A DNA stretch of 64,000 bases. Origin: Chrysomallon squamiferum. Its lineage: Eukaryota; Animalia; Mollusca. Of the stretch, positions 1-40,717 are shown one piece after another. The position numbers were made by a program, and so were the translations under genes. Position 1 is the first letter of the stretch, and each line of letters starts with the position of its first letter. The stretch covers positions 27,528,001 to 27,592,000 of the forward strand of contig CM022665.1 of NCBI GenBank assembly GCA_012295275.1. The letters are read 5' to 3'. The notes under the pieces are model-generated. The model did not search any database. It saw only the letters and a list, made by a program, of their open reading frames with translations, and was not told the DNA's origin.

Positions 1-332
1 TCAAATCTGAAATTCAAAATAACTTTGATCTGTGCATCATGGAAAAGTAGTACAAGATAAATGAATTTTTAGATTTTTAAATATTGTTACTGTTGAGAAA
101 CTTAATTTTCAACATGACCACCATCATTATGGTATAAGTGAAAATTAGCTACAAAATGTATTTCTAGAACTTCAGAATCATATCATGATTTATAGTCATA
201 ATGACAGTGGTCATGTTTTACAGTATAGACTTCTTTTTTTTTAATGTAAATCTTTGAACACATGTTCATACGTATATATTTATTATATTCATGTTATAAA
301 TACTTATGTAATGTTTGTATTTCTTCTTACAG

Positions 333-22269
<21,937 letters not shown>

Positions 22270-25200
22270 CCTATTTTGCAAGTATCTGCTACCACTGTGC
22301 CAATCTAGACTTTGTTACCTCTCAAAGTGCTCATTATGTGTCTTTGGTTTTACAGTCAGCCATTCTTGTCTGGATCTTGTCTCAGTACTGACTTCAGTTT
22401 ACATAACATTTAAACAAATAAATACAAAAGGGGAGAGAGTGATATAATATCCATTATCATGAAGAATATTTGAAATTTTTGGTTCCATTGAGATGATTCA
22501 TTTTGGAATCCTTTCAAGAAGCTAAAGCAATCAGTTTAATTTCATTGTTTTGTATTTTTAAATCTTTATTTTGTTGTAACACTGGTAAGTAATTTTGAAT
22601 AAAGCTATTTACCAAATGTAAATAATAAGATAAACATTTTGTCTTTTAAAATCCTTGAATGTGAATTATGATAATTATATACTATGGTTGTTGTTGTTTT
22701 TAAAAGATTTACTGATTTTGTTTATAGAGAAAATGACTTCTGCTTGTTCAGCAGGCATCCAAATCTGACTGAATCTATGACATATGTAGAAATACTGATG
22801 ATATATATACAATGTATATATACATATATATATGTGTGTGTGTTTGTGTAAAATCACTGACACACTGACAACTATTGTGAATTAAATATTATGCTTCTAA
22901 TGATAGATCCATAATATTATTTTTAATTGTGATCAGTGCCAAGGTATGTTGTATGAACATAATTATTATATGAGTGTAGTTTATAAATATATTTAGTTAA
23001 ATAAAATAAACTAAATAATGCTCACTAAATGATATGTATTCAAAAACAAGTATTACAAATATCATTTTTTTTAATTTTTGCTTTTAACATTAGTAAGCAT
23101 AAAGCAAATAGGAACAGAATGGGTGATGGTTTATATATATTTTTAGATTGATATTTAAAAGAGTGAAATGTTTTGCTAAATACATAATAAAATTTATGAT
23201 ACTTGCCTAAAGAAGAAACAAACTGTAATGTATTTAATAATATTACATTCTCTCATAACACAGGAGACATCAAATAAATACTGTGATATGTGTCTCAGAA
23301 AAGAAGATGGTTGTAACATACTTAATAATATTACATACTGATTCCCTCATAATATATTATAAAAACTTTTATTATTATTATAGTTTGGTAAGTTCCAAGT
23401 ATTTGCTAGACATGGAAAGAAATTTAAATTTAATAATTTTTGTCTAAATGATAAATAATTTTATTATAAATAGTAATATCATCATAAAATGTGATATCTG
23501 GAGTAAACTTTAACTTATTAATGGTATTAAGTACTGACTATCCAGTGTGATATATAAGAAACTACTGATTTTAGAGGTTGATGCAGGATGTATCTGCTGA
23601 CTGTGTAATGTGACAGTATTATAGAAAAGTGTCTAAGTACTGGAATGCAGTACGGACACTGTCAAACAGTGCACACTCCTATCTATCTGTGATATTTTAT
23701 ACATATACTGTGTTAGCCTGTTAGGAACATTAGATTAACACAAATGAAAATTAAACTGCAATAACAGATTTGAAAATAAGATTACTGCATACATATAGTA
23801 TACACAAATGTACACATGTAAAATGATAAACATAGCAAAGAGGCATACACATAAAATAGAAAAATGAAAGCATGCATAAATGATACCTACACACACATAA
23901 CATGCTAACCTACCACTGTTATACACATGTATACACACACACAAACACACACATACACATTTACACATATCTAACATAATAAAACACATTCACATAGCCA
24001 TATGCAAAAATGTGCACACACACACACACATGTATATATGCACACAATGTAATCTAAAAACTGGTGTATATATATTTATATATATATATATTAATAATCA
24101 CAATGTTGTGTTTCACACATATATGCATTTAATGTTCCTAACAGGCCATTATATTTATATTTCATATTTAATTGTATTGTGTGAGATACTTAGTGCTGTA
24201 CATTCTCTTGTAAATTATTCTATTTTTATTGTATTTTTATGGGTGTATTTTCTGTTAACCAAAATCTTTGTATTTACCTAAAGGTGAAGCAAGTTCAAAT
24301 AAAATAACAAAAACATAGTTTTGTGCATATTATATATATATTTTTTTTTATGAATAGGTTTAATAAACAAAAAGAAAAACTCTTTCAGCATACCAATTTT
24401 CTGATAAACCTGCAAATTTGAGCATGTGCAGTATATTTAATAAAAGCAAAATATATATATTTTTTTTTTCAGCATAGCAATAATAATGATGATAATGACA
24501 ATGACTATAATTAATAAATAATGATGATAAAACATTTAGTACAATTAGAATTGTCTCCCATTTGACCTTTTCTAACCCAAAACTCAAATACATAAAATAT
24601 ATTTAGCAGGAATCTCCTCTGAAATACCAAGGAGATTATTTTACCAATTTCTATAACTGGTGATTTCATGACCGATTTCTATGATTGGTTCCTAAAGTTG
24701 TTAAGAATGATTCCAGTCACAAGCTTCAGAATTAGTTGCAGATATTTTTCACATTTTTTTGTTTCTGCTTCTACAGACATTTGTAAATCATTCGTTAGTA
24801 CCATGGATGAATTCAACATATATAAAGTTGCTCATTATATAATTTAATGTATGTACAGCATATTAAAATTTTGCTAAAAGCCTGTTAAAACATTCAAATT
24901 GTTTTGCTTCCAGTCAATATGTACAGATTGCATTGATGCCTGTCATCTTTAAAATGTTGTGTAGCTTAATTTTGTATCATCTTGTGTCATATCACAGCTT
25001 TTATTTTATATTTTCCAAATAAACAAATATTTTAAAAATTTACAGAAAATATTTTGTTGGAATATGTCATACATCAGTTGCATTGCAAGGGAGATAAAAC
25101 CAATAAAATAAAATGTTCTTACATAATCAGTGTCAGTTCCTCTTTTCACTTGTAATATGTTTTCTTAGAATTTTTGTTTGAAGTGTCATTAATCTCTTTC

Positions 25201-25908
25201 TATTTCATTCATTCATTTAAACTTGATGTTGTGTTGTTTTTTCAACTATTATTTTTTAAACAATTTAAGTAATAATATTAATTTGAAATTTTACAGAAAA
25301 CTTCTATGTACATAGATATTTTAAAATAGTGTTATATGTGTGTACAAATATGTCAGAGTGAAGATCACTAGTTTACTATGTAATCTAGCCTTATATTGAA
25401 CTGTTTACAGCTGATCTCTGTTATATATGAAACACTAATTATCACTAATTTAATTATAAAATAAGTAAATAAATTTTATTTTGCCCATGTTCCTTCAGAC
25501 ATTTCTTAATGCAGTCCTTCATGGTGCCTGTGACATTAAGCAGTGCAAAAAAAATGGTGGTATCTTTTCATCACTGTTTTTGAAATGATAAAATTTTCAT
25601 GAAAGTACTGGTTACAGTACTACTACTACTGTTATTATTATTATTATTATTTCCTTCAATGCCAACATATTGTTATTATTATTTTATTTTTTTTAATTCC
25701 TGGGATAATTGTCTAACAGATAATGTAATCCAGCTAAAACTTGTTTATAATGTGTTCTTTTGAAATAGTATGTTTGGAATGTTTCACCATTTGAAGTTTG
25801 AAAAAACATTCAGCAGATAGGTTTTGTTATAAGTGAAATAAAATAATATTTTTTACAATATTCTTAATAACAGATACACATATAATATTTAATTTTGTTA
25901 GAATGCAG

Positions 25909-26012
25909 ACATTTTTCAGCCTTTTATAAAATGTAAAGATATTTTTTCTGTTATCATTTCATGGTTTGTCCCATGAAAATATTTTTACATTTTATGAAAG
26001 GCTGAAAAATGT
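25909..26012. repeat. 37-bp near-perfect inverted repeat
   Basis: Arms 25909-25945 and 25976-26012 are reverse complements at 35 of 37 positions; 30-nt spacer. Confidence 0.9.
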
Positions 26013-29000
26013 GAAGAATATTGTTAGATCCAAATAAAATGAATGATCATCTGTATATTTTGAACATATTTATATATCTAAATTCTTTTAATTTTTTGTT
26101 TATTCTCTACTTATTAAATTTTTAATTTGTATAATTTATTATTTGAGTTTAAACTTTTTTGGAAAGTAGATGCTTTTTATAGAATTTTTTTTCTTGTAAA
26201 TGTTGCTATCATTTTATAAGATGTAGTACAAAATTCTTAAGGTTTTAAAGAACACACTAACTTCTCAGATATAGTGTTCAGTTAACTGTAGAAATAAATA
26301 TATATTTATTGTACAGATGAAAATAAAACAATTTATTAATATATAATTTTGTTGTTTTGTTCTAATATTTTTATTTTTATTTATTTATTTATTTTTTTTT
26401 TGGATTGTTATATTTCAAAAATTTACAAATTTATTAACACTGTTCTCTTTGTAAAAATTAATGAATAAAAAATAAGAAACCTTTTAAGTGAACTGGTTTT
26501 GACTGGAAAAAACATTAAAAACTGACATTTACTGTTTTTGAAAAATGTAATATTGCAATTCCCATTTGATTTGACATTTAGAGAGAAAAAAAGGCCAGAC
26601 AAAAAAAAAAAACCCACCCCCAAAACAACAACAAATAATTATAAATTAATGTACAGCAACAATTTACTAGATAACTAATTTAATAAAAATTTAATTTTAT
26701 GTAAGTTATTTCATCACACCTGCTCAGTAGCAATGGACTGGTATGTACAAAGGGAGATAAATCTAGAAAACTAAGCTTTGCAACTTTTATTTATTAATAG
26801 TGGCTTTAGGTTGTTGATTATATTTTGGTTTTTCAAACAGAATGATGCACTGTAAAAAGCAGCGTTGATGGGATAATTAATGTTAGATTTGAACAAAAGG
26901 TCATGGCATTTTTTCAAAAGTTAGCATTTGAGCATGTGATTGTTTCTTTCACACGTGAGTGAAATATTTTACATATACATATTCTGAAAGATGAACAAAA
27001 TGGCTGACATATGAATAAATCTATTTACAGATATCTAAATTTTTTCTTTGAACTTCACTTAATCCATGCTTGGACCCAATAGCAACTCCATATTATAAAA
27101 TCTACTATATTTCTTCAGTCAGTAATAAGAAATCTTTTATACAGTCTCCCCATAGACAGAAAACATTCCAAGCTCTGTGATGATCATGGTGCAATGTCTG
27201 GAAAAGTAAATATGCAAATTGCATGGTATTCTGAGATAGGCTGATCCCAAAAACCATTAACAGGTATAAAACAACAACAACAACAACAAAAAAAAAAAAC
27301 CACAATGATATTAAAGAAAAGTCAAAATTGCTCAATTCCATATTGAATTTTATTCTTTAAAATGTATTTCACCACCAGTTACAAATATCACAGTGCAGTC
27401 TGAATCATTTTCATAAATCCTTATGAAATAAACAAGTAGAATAAAACCATTGTAAGATTACTACAAAAGTTGTTGAATATATATAATCAAAAGGTTCACA
27501 ATCTGAAACATTTATTTAAAAAATAATAAATCTTCAGAATGGAAAATAAAGGACCTCAGTTTTGATGACAGTAATAATTGTAATATTAACAAAAAATGTT
27601 ATGTACATTAAGAATGTTACATATATTAACAAATGATAGTTCACGCCAGTGAAAAACGACACACTAAACATATCAGTGGGTTATAATTTAATATGGTAAT
27701 TCAATCGTCCACATTTGACGATTTCAATGACGTAAATACTTCCATTATAATTTCAGTATTCTTCTATTATTCATAATTAATATAATTATTTAATTTCATT
27801 TATAACTTTTATCTAAGTTACTACATCCTGAACATTTAAAATGTCTGACAAACTGTAATATGTTTAAGGAAAGGGGCTTGGTATTGACAAAACTGCATTT
27901 GGTTTATAATTTCAAAAATTAATGTGTTGTATGTATTTGCCATCATCTGTTTGGCTAAGTCTCTATACAGGTTTCATAATTATGCTAAATATTAGCATCT
28001 GTTTATTTTTTCTTCTGTCATTTTGGTGATTATACATTGAGCTGTAATGATGTAAAAACTATTGTGTTTAGTCTAAAAGTTAATTTCAGACCAGCTGACT
28101 AAAATAAATGATGAAAAACAATTTAAAACATGTATCTATTTACAAATGAAATATCATATTCATTTTTATATTTCTTTGTACAAAGAGCTTGATGGTTTTA
28201 ACAGTATTTTATTGTTTCACATATTTAACACAAAGACAATACATGTTTTAATAATAAAAGATTTAAAAAACCCAAAACATAACTGAAATGGGTTAAAATA
28301 AAAATATAATTACGAAAAATATATATTTGGTGTTTTTACAAGGCAGAATATGATATCATATAATGACAACAAAGTACAGTTTCTGTTTCAAAACAAAACC
28401 TGTTATATAGCCTATAAAAATCTGAAAGTTGATAAATGTTATAAAACATAAGAATTTTACTGATTAAAAATTGATGATCTGTATTTCCATATAATCAGAA
28501 ATTTTTTAAAAATGGAAAAAATTAAATACATTTAGAAGTAAATTAACTAAAAAAAAAAAAAATCATGACTATATTTTCATCATCCCTGAAATTCTGTTCT
28601 AATTAATCACACAATTAAGGCTTACAAAAGAAAAGTGACTGTAAAACAATGGGAGGAAAAAATAACAGCCTGATATCTTAATTCTTTCGACATACAATAG
28701 CAGATCCAAACCGATGACAGTATGATTGTGAAGATCTTTTCAGAGTATAATATATATTTTTACGTTTCTAAACAAACAGATTTAAAAATGAAAATTATCA
28801 CCATCTAGTTATTTTCACATAATTACTTAATAATTTTCCTGTTAGTCTCAAACAGCCATCTTATCCAGAACCCTTATTAACAAATATATAAATTAAAATA
28901 ATATAATGAACAACATCTTTGTTTATGGATATGCAGACCTTTTTTTTTTATCTTTCATATCGTATATCAAAGACAGATATTTTTTTTATTGTTTATTTTG

Positions 29001-29049
29001 TTAAAGTTCACTGTAGTAGGGCAGTAAAAACAAAAAAACACTTCTAGTA

Positions 29050-34821
<5,772 letters not shown>

Positions 34822-35019
34822 TTTTATTTTATTTTGGTTTCGGACAAATGCTATCTACATTTAACAGTTAACTACTAAAAGTAAATCAGTTCATCAGCTT
34901 TCTTTAAAAAATAACATAATGTTATTATGTTATCATTATTATTTTGTTTTCAATAATAATATATTTTTAAGATCAAGCTAACTTATGCTCACAAATAATA
35001 TTCACTTAATATACGCATC

Positions 35020-35105
35020 ATCTGCTGTTGCCATAATTCCCTGACCGCATTGTTGATAGTTTCCAAGTAACCAGTGACTGTCGTAGGGCGCCATCTACTA
35101 TTGTC
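35020..35105. promoter_or_regulatory. ANKEF1 promoter with RFX X-box and CTCF-like motif
   Basis: GTTTCC-A-AGTAAC at 35059-35071 fits the X-box pattern; GTTGCCAT half-site at 35027-35034; reverse strand TAGTAGATGGCGCCC at 35086-35100 resembles the CTCF core. Confidence 0.5.
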
Positions 35106-36618
35106 ACCAAAGGCGATTAACTCTGGCGACAGAAGACGTCATAAATACTGTAAACCTGTAGGTAAATTTAACTCCATGATTTCTTAGAAGAAACGGGTGG
35201 GGAAAACAACCCAACAAAAACAACGAAGATGCTAAAATATGTAGCTTAGTTATATATATATATATTTTGTTTTGAGTTCTTTTTTCTTCAATTGTACCAA
35301 GAAAAAAAAAAAATGTTAAACTTTAGTTTGACTCAAAAATAAACTTTTCCTTTTCGTTAAAGATAGTCCTAGAGGATTAGCATGTTTATTGAAATTATAT
35401 TCTACATGAAAACGGATTTGAGATTATTAGTATTAGTATTAACAAATTAGTCCCAATAAAAATAAGTTGTTTATCTTTATAAAATGTAAAAATGCTTTCA
35501 TTCACCAATTTTTTTGCTTTGAAAATAAAAGAAACAGCATTGTTATATTTTTGAGTGAAAAAAAAAAAAAAAAAGAAGAAAAAAGATAACGAAACGGCAG
35601 TTAGTAGTTTAGGAATATCATTATAAACTTCATTATTCTTTACTAGTGGTAAAGTCAAGTTGCCAGTAAACGGACTAATTTTGTAGGCCGTACGAGTCGA
35701 ACTTAAAGTACATTTTTTTTGAAAAGACAATGTTTACTGTGTATCACAAAGTACGGTACATAAATATATTTTATTTGGGTTTATTTCACAAACGTGTAAT
35801 TTTGAACGGATATTACATCGCTGTTGTTCCATCTTCCTTTATTAGAAACGCGATGAATTTAACTCACCTGGCCGACTTTCAAAGGTTATTACGAACATTT
35901 ACGTTCACTACATCACGTAAACACAATCGCAGATGACCGTGTCCACAGTAATATATTGTGTTACTGTGAACTTCGTTTTTTGTTTCATTATTTTGTTAAA
36001 ATGTATTTAATGAACAAATCATTTTATCTGGTCTAGGAATAAATTATTTTAAGAGAAAACAACAAAACAAAAACAATCACTAGCCTACTGCTTGAACAAA
36101 GATCATGTGACCAACTGTAGTGAAAGCTCATGTACTGAGAATGTAATTTTCTGTTGGAATGATGCAATCAGTATTGTTTTCAAAAAATGCTATAGTAATA
36201 CTACACTCAGTTTATAACTGGTTTTTTTACTTAATTAGTAGCAGTAGACTGTTTAGAATGACTGGATAAACCATATAAACTATTTTTTCTTCAATACAAC
36301 AATATTTTCATGGTCTTCAAAAATTTATTTCAGAAAGTGGCAACCAAACAAAAAATAAATTATACATCCAATGACATACTAAATGTGTGTGTTTATAAAC
36401 AATATCTTAAAATTTTGGTTTTTCAACATGAAAAATAAAAATTGAAGCTAACAAGATAAAATTAACTCCAAATGTTCAGATATTCTATCACAATTTTATT
36501 CTTTCAAGCACACACAACAAATAAAAATGACCATAGGTCATCTGTAATACAAAAAAAACTGTTCTTGTTTTGTTTGTCTTCAGTATGTTGATAATTGAAT
36601 TTTCTGAACTGGCTTCCT

Positions 36619-38678
36619 TTAATCTTTTTTTGCAGGAAATGACAACTTGTATAATGTGTAGCCCATTGGGATGAATCCAACGAAAAACAGGAACATGGTC
36701 ACCTGATACAACACTGTATCTCTCATCCCCATCTTCTGCCAAATCAGACGCCCATCATCCTTCTGAAAACACAAAAACCATAAAAATAATGATTACTCAG
36801 TAACCAATCATAACAGCAGTTCTGTTTTTTTAAATAACAAAGATTAATAACATTTATGGAATCATCATCATGCTCTGTGACATAAAAAAAAAAAAAAAAA
36901 TGTAGATTGCATTGCCATATCACTGTGGGTTTTTTTTTAAGATATAAAATAAGAAAAAGTGAAATGATCTTGGAATATTACAAGGTAAATAAATAATAAG
37001 AAATTCAATCTTATATCATCATTAAATAACAAAATTAACAGATTTAAACTGATTAAATAAGAAATGTACATGATAATGAATATTCTAACTCCCAAAACAA
37101 ATGGTGTGTTCAATTATTACTGTTGACTGAATTTGAAGAGTGGTTTGCATTTCTGGTACATAAAACAGTCTATCTGACATATGCATGTTGATATCACTTA
37201 ACAAGTCTAGCACCCAGCTGAAAGAAGCAAGATCACACTTACACACATATGATTTTGCAGTTCCTGAACCTTTTTGTAGCCGCTCACATTAGGAAAGACT
37301 CCGGCCGGTCCTTTAGGATTGGTCTGACCTGCAGTTCTCGCTGACATGTGCAAGGAACGAACCACTGCTCTACCAGCTCCCTTCATGAAAAAAAAGAAAG
37401 AAAAGGCATAATAGTTAATAACTTAATGTGTTACCAACCTATCTGATAATACAGGAAGGTCAGTGGGACTTTGAACATTTTAAAAACAGATAATCAGTAC
37501 TTTAAATAATTAATTTCTCAAACAAACAAATTCTGTATTTTTGTAAATAGAGATGTAAAATAAATTGTCTTACAGATAGTTTAATGACAAAAAAACAACG
37601 GAAATATTATCTACTAACAACTCTTCACTATTAAATTTTTGAAACTTCTACATCAGTGATGTAAATTCTAAATATATTAACATTTATTATTAAAAAAAAA
37701 AAAAAAAAAAGTTTAACAAATTCCTTAAGTACTTTCCAGAAACAGTCACCATAAACATTTTCTATTTATACTACAAGTTAAAGAATGGATTTTTCTAAAT
37801 TCCATTTTGACTATCACACTCATATCAAATATACAAAAACACTGATTAAATTTTTTAATGCTGGTTGTAAAATATTAAATTCTGCACTGACTTAAATAAA
37901 ATATTATCCAGGTTATTAATTACTATGATGACTAACTAAAAAAAAGGGTTACATTTATTCTTTACAAATATACACATTGTATAACCAAAGTAAACTCAAG
38001 TACATGTATATTCAACAGGAATCAAAAAATCATTTTAAAATGTTTAAGACCGAGACAATCGATTTATATTTACTAGGCTATATATAAAACAAAGCAGAGT
38101 AATGATAGATTAAATTAAAAGATTTGGAAATGTTCAATAAAGAAAATTATTTAAAATATTTGGACAAGGTCAAACAAAACATTTACAAAATTTATAACCT
38201 GCAAATATAATTATTGTGCAAATAAATTATCAATAAATAGATGTTAATGAAATAATTATTAAAATGTTAATTTCAGTCTAATGAAACAGTAAATCAATCA
38301 TAAACAATTGCGTCACTTGAGTTTATATACAAAACAGGGTTCAAAAGGAAGTTTAAAACTGGAAATTTAATTATTGCATCAGAAAATAAATCCACTATTT
38401 TCATTTGATATCATTTGCGGAATATATCTAATTCATCATCTTGTTAAAATTCAACCATTCTTATAAAACTTTTTCACGAATCAGAAATTCGTGACTGGAT
38501 GAACTCGCACGTACGCACATGAAACATGTACACTCAAGGTCAAAATGATCTAACTCTAACTGGAGATCGAATAAAATCGCTAAATAAGAGAAGCCAATCT
38601 CCTGAGATTTACAAACAATAACAACAACTATTTAGAAGAAAAAGTAAATAAAATTCCACTCACAAATAAAGAAGTCAT
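36619..38678 (-). CDS. COX7A: Cytochrome c oxidase subunit 7A family protein, 98 aa, three exons
   Basis: Exons 38678-38664 (MTSLF|gtgagt), 37380-37243 (GAGRAVVRSLHMSARTAGQTNPKGPAGVFPNVSGYKKVQELQNHMC|gtaagt), 36762-36619 (KDDGRLIWQKMGMRDTVLYQVTMFLFFVGFIPMGYTLYKLSFPAKKD*). All phase 0. Arg/Ser-rich mitochondrial presequence (RSLHMSAR), KVxExQ..xDDG..K..D..LY..TM motif, one TM helix and an SFPxK end as in COX7A. AATAAA on minus strand at 36495-36500. Confidence 0.88.
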
Positions 38679-38780
38679 TTTGAAACACTCAGACGAACAC
38701 GACCAGTCTTCGACGTGAGAAATCAACGGAAGCAACTACAAAAAATTAATTCTTTAGCGCATGCGCCTAAGTTTGTAGTC
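38534..38780. promoter_or_regulatory. COX7A-proximal promoter with NRF1, ETS/GABP, ZNF143-like and ERR motifs
   Basis: GCGCATGCGC at 38757-38766 (NRF1 palindrome), CGGAAG at 38727-38732, ACTACAA on both strands (38735-38741, 38773-38779), TCAAGGTCA at 38534-38542; CpG-retaining region next to the COX7A ATG. Confidence 0.65.
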
Positions 38781-38975
38781 TGTTTTTTCAACTGCAGAAT
38801 GTAAAGCACCCACGTTTTATTTCTGTTGTTCGACGTTGTCATTCTTCTTTTTCGTCTTCATAGTATTATCAGTCTACGGTTAATATAGATAACTTGCAAC
38901 AAAATGGATGTAGCATGAATCAGTTTTAGTTAATTTTAACAAAGTTACGTTAATGAAAGAGGAACAAAACGATTT

Positions 38976-38977
<2 letters not shown>

Positions 38978-39028
<51 letters not shown>
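38978..39028. repeat. (AG)n microsatellite between the divergent COX7A and CCDC170 starts
   Basis: Pure GA run. Confidence 0.95.
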
Positions 39029-39031
<3 letters not shown>

Positions 39032-39484
39032 TTTACTTACTGAACTAATAAGATGTGTATGTGTGTGTTTTGTTGTGACTTGTAATGTTTTGAAAATTAT
39101 ATGTAATCAAATTAACAGTGTGTTTTATCGCTCTAATTTATGTATTTTTAAAAAATATCGTTTGTCTTATTCATTTGATCAACTTCAGTTATTTATCTCC
39201 CTTTTTTCCTTCATATTATTAATTTAATAATATTTTTAAAAATAAATGTTTGACTCATTAGTGACAAATAACACTATTTCAGCACTTTTTCTTTGTTAAT
39301 TATTCTTTCTTTCGTTCGCACTCGGTAAAATTTTTATGTTAAAAAAGAAACAAAGACATCTAAAAAGAATATGATTATGAATAATAATAATAATAAAAAA
39401 AAAAATAATAAAAATAAAATAAAATAGTAATAAATAAAAAATAATAATTAAAAGAGAAACCTAAACCAGTTTTATTGTAATGAA

Positions 39485-39657
39485 TTAATTCCGGAAGTGA
39501 CGACAGTCTCTTTTCACAGGTGCCCTTGTTTTGCATTGTTTTGCTGTTGCTATGTGAAGCGCTGTGGAGCTTCGTGTTTTGATCACAAATAATACCTGGC
39601 ACTATCTTTTTAAGGCGAACGCAAATTCTGTGCTCCATTAAATATATATTTTTTAAC
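39485..39657 (+). promoter_or_regulatory. CCDC170 promoter/5' UTR region
   Basis: CCGGAAGT (ETS) at 39491-39498, RFX half-site GTTGCTAT at 39546-39553, CpG retention upstream of the ATG. Confidence 0.45.
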
Positions 39658-40060
39658 ATGGCCAGCTATCTCAGGGATCTGAATCGGGATGGTTTACCAT
39701 TAATATCTAGTTCCAGACGGACAGCTTTTGACACAACGAATACTGCCAATGCGAGAAAGATCCGCGCCTTGGAACAAGAACTTGCTTTAGCACACGGTTA
39801 CCGTTCAACATCACCCACGCCAGGGATACTCAGATATGATACTTCAACGTCTGGTAGACGATCGGCAAATGAGGTATCAATGTCTTAAGATATAGTTCAA
39901 CTTATATTAAATAATTTATTGTAAAAATAATATTAATAACAAGTTCATACTTGTTCTGATATAGACTAATTTGTTTTATTTTAATATTAACATCGTTTTC
40001 TTAAAATTAAATACATATAGTCAGTATTTATTTGCATTGTTAAAGAGTAGACAAAATGAA

Positions 40061-40114
<54 letters not shown>

Positions 40115-40677
40115 TTAAAATAATAATAATAATAATAATAAAAAATAAATTTTAAAGGATTGGTTAATTTATTTTATTATGAAAAAATATACATAGATAC
40201 TACTGCTGCCACTATTACCACTACTACTACCACCACCACTATCACCACCAGCAACACCACCACCCCCAATACTGTTTTGACTGCTGCTATTAGTTACTAT
40301 TAGTAACTGCAAAATAAATAAAAATAAAGGACTTTTTACAAAATATTTCATTTATAATATTAATATTTGCAGTAGTGTTTATGCAACAATGAACAACCAC
40401 AACATTTTTAATTATACCAGTAACACTAAATATTTTATTTTGCAGTCTGTATTATAACTAAGCTCTGTATGTTACAAATTACAAATGTTGTTGTTATTTC
40501 TGGTCAGTGTGTTACTGTAGATGTGGATACAGTGGACTGGACAGTCTTACAGTAGTGGTGTATTATGGTGGACTTTTTAAAAATTTCATTTAAGTGTATG
40601 CTTATTCAAGTATATATGTGTGTGTGTTTGCATGTGTTTTTCTCTATGTGAGTGTGTGGGTGTGAGTATGGACATAT

Positions 40678-40717
<40 letters not shown>

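Noticed and set aside
36488-36742. 84-aa minus-strand ORF from the track
   Set aside because: It is an off-frame reading of COX7A exon 3 and its 3' UTR.
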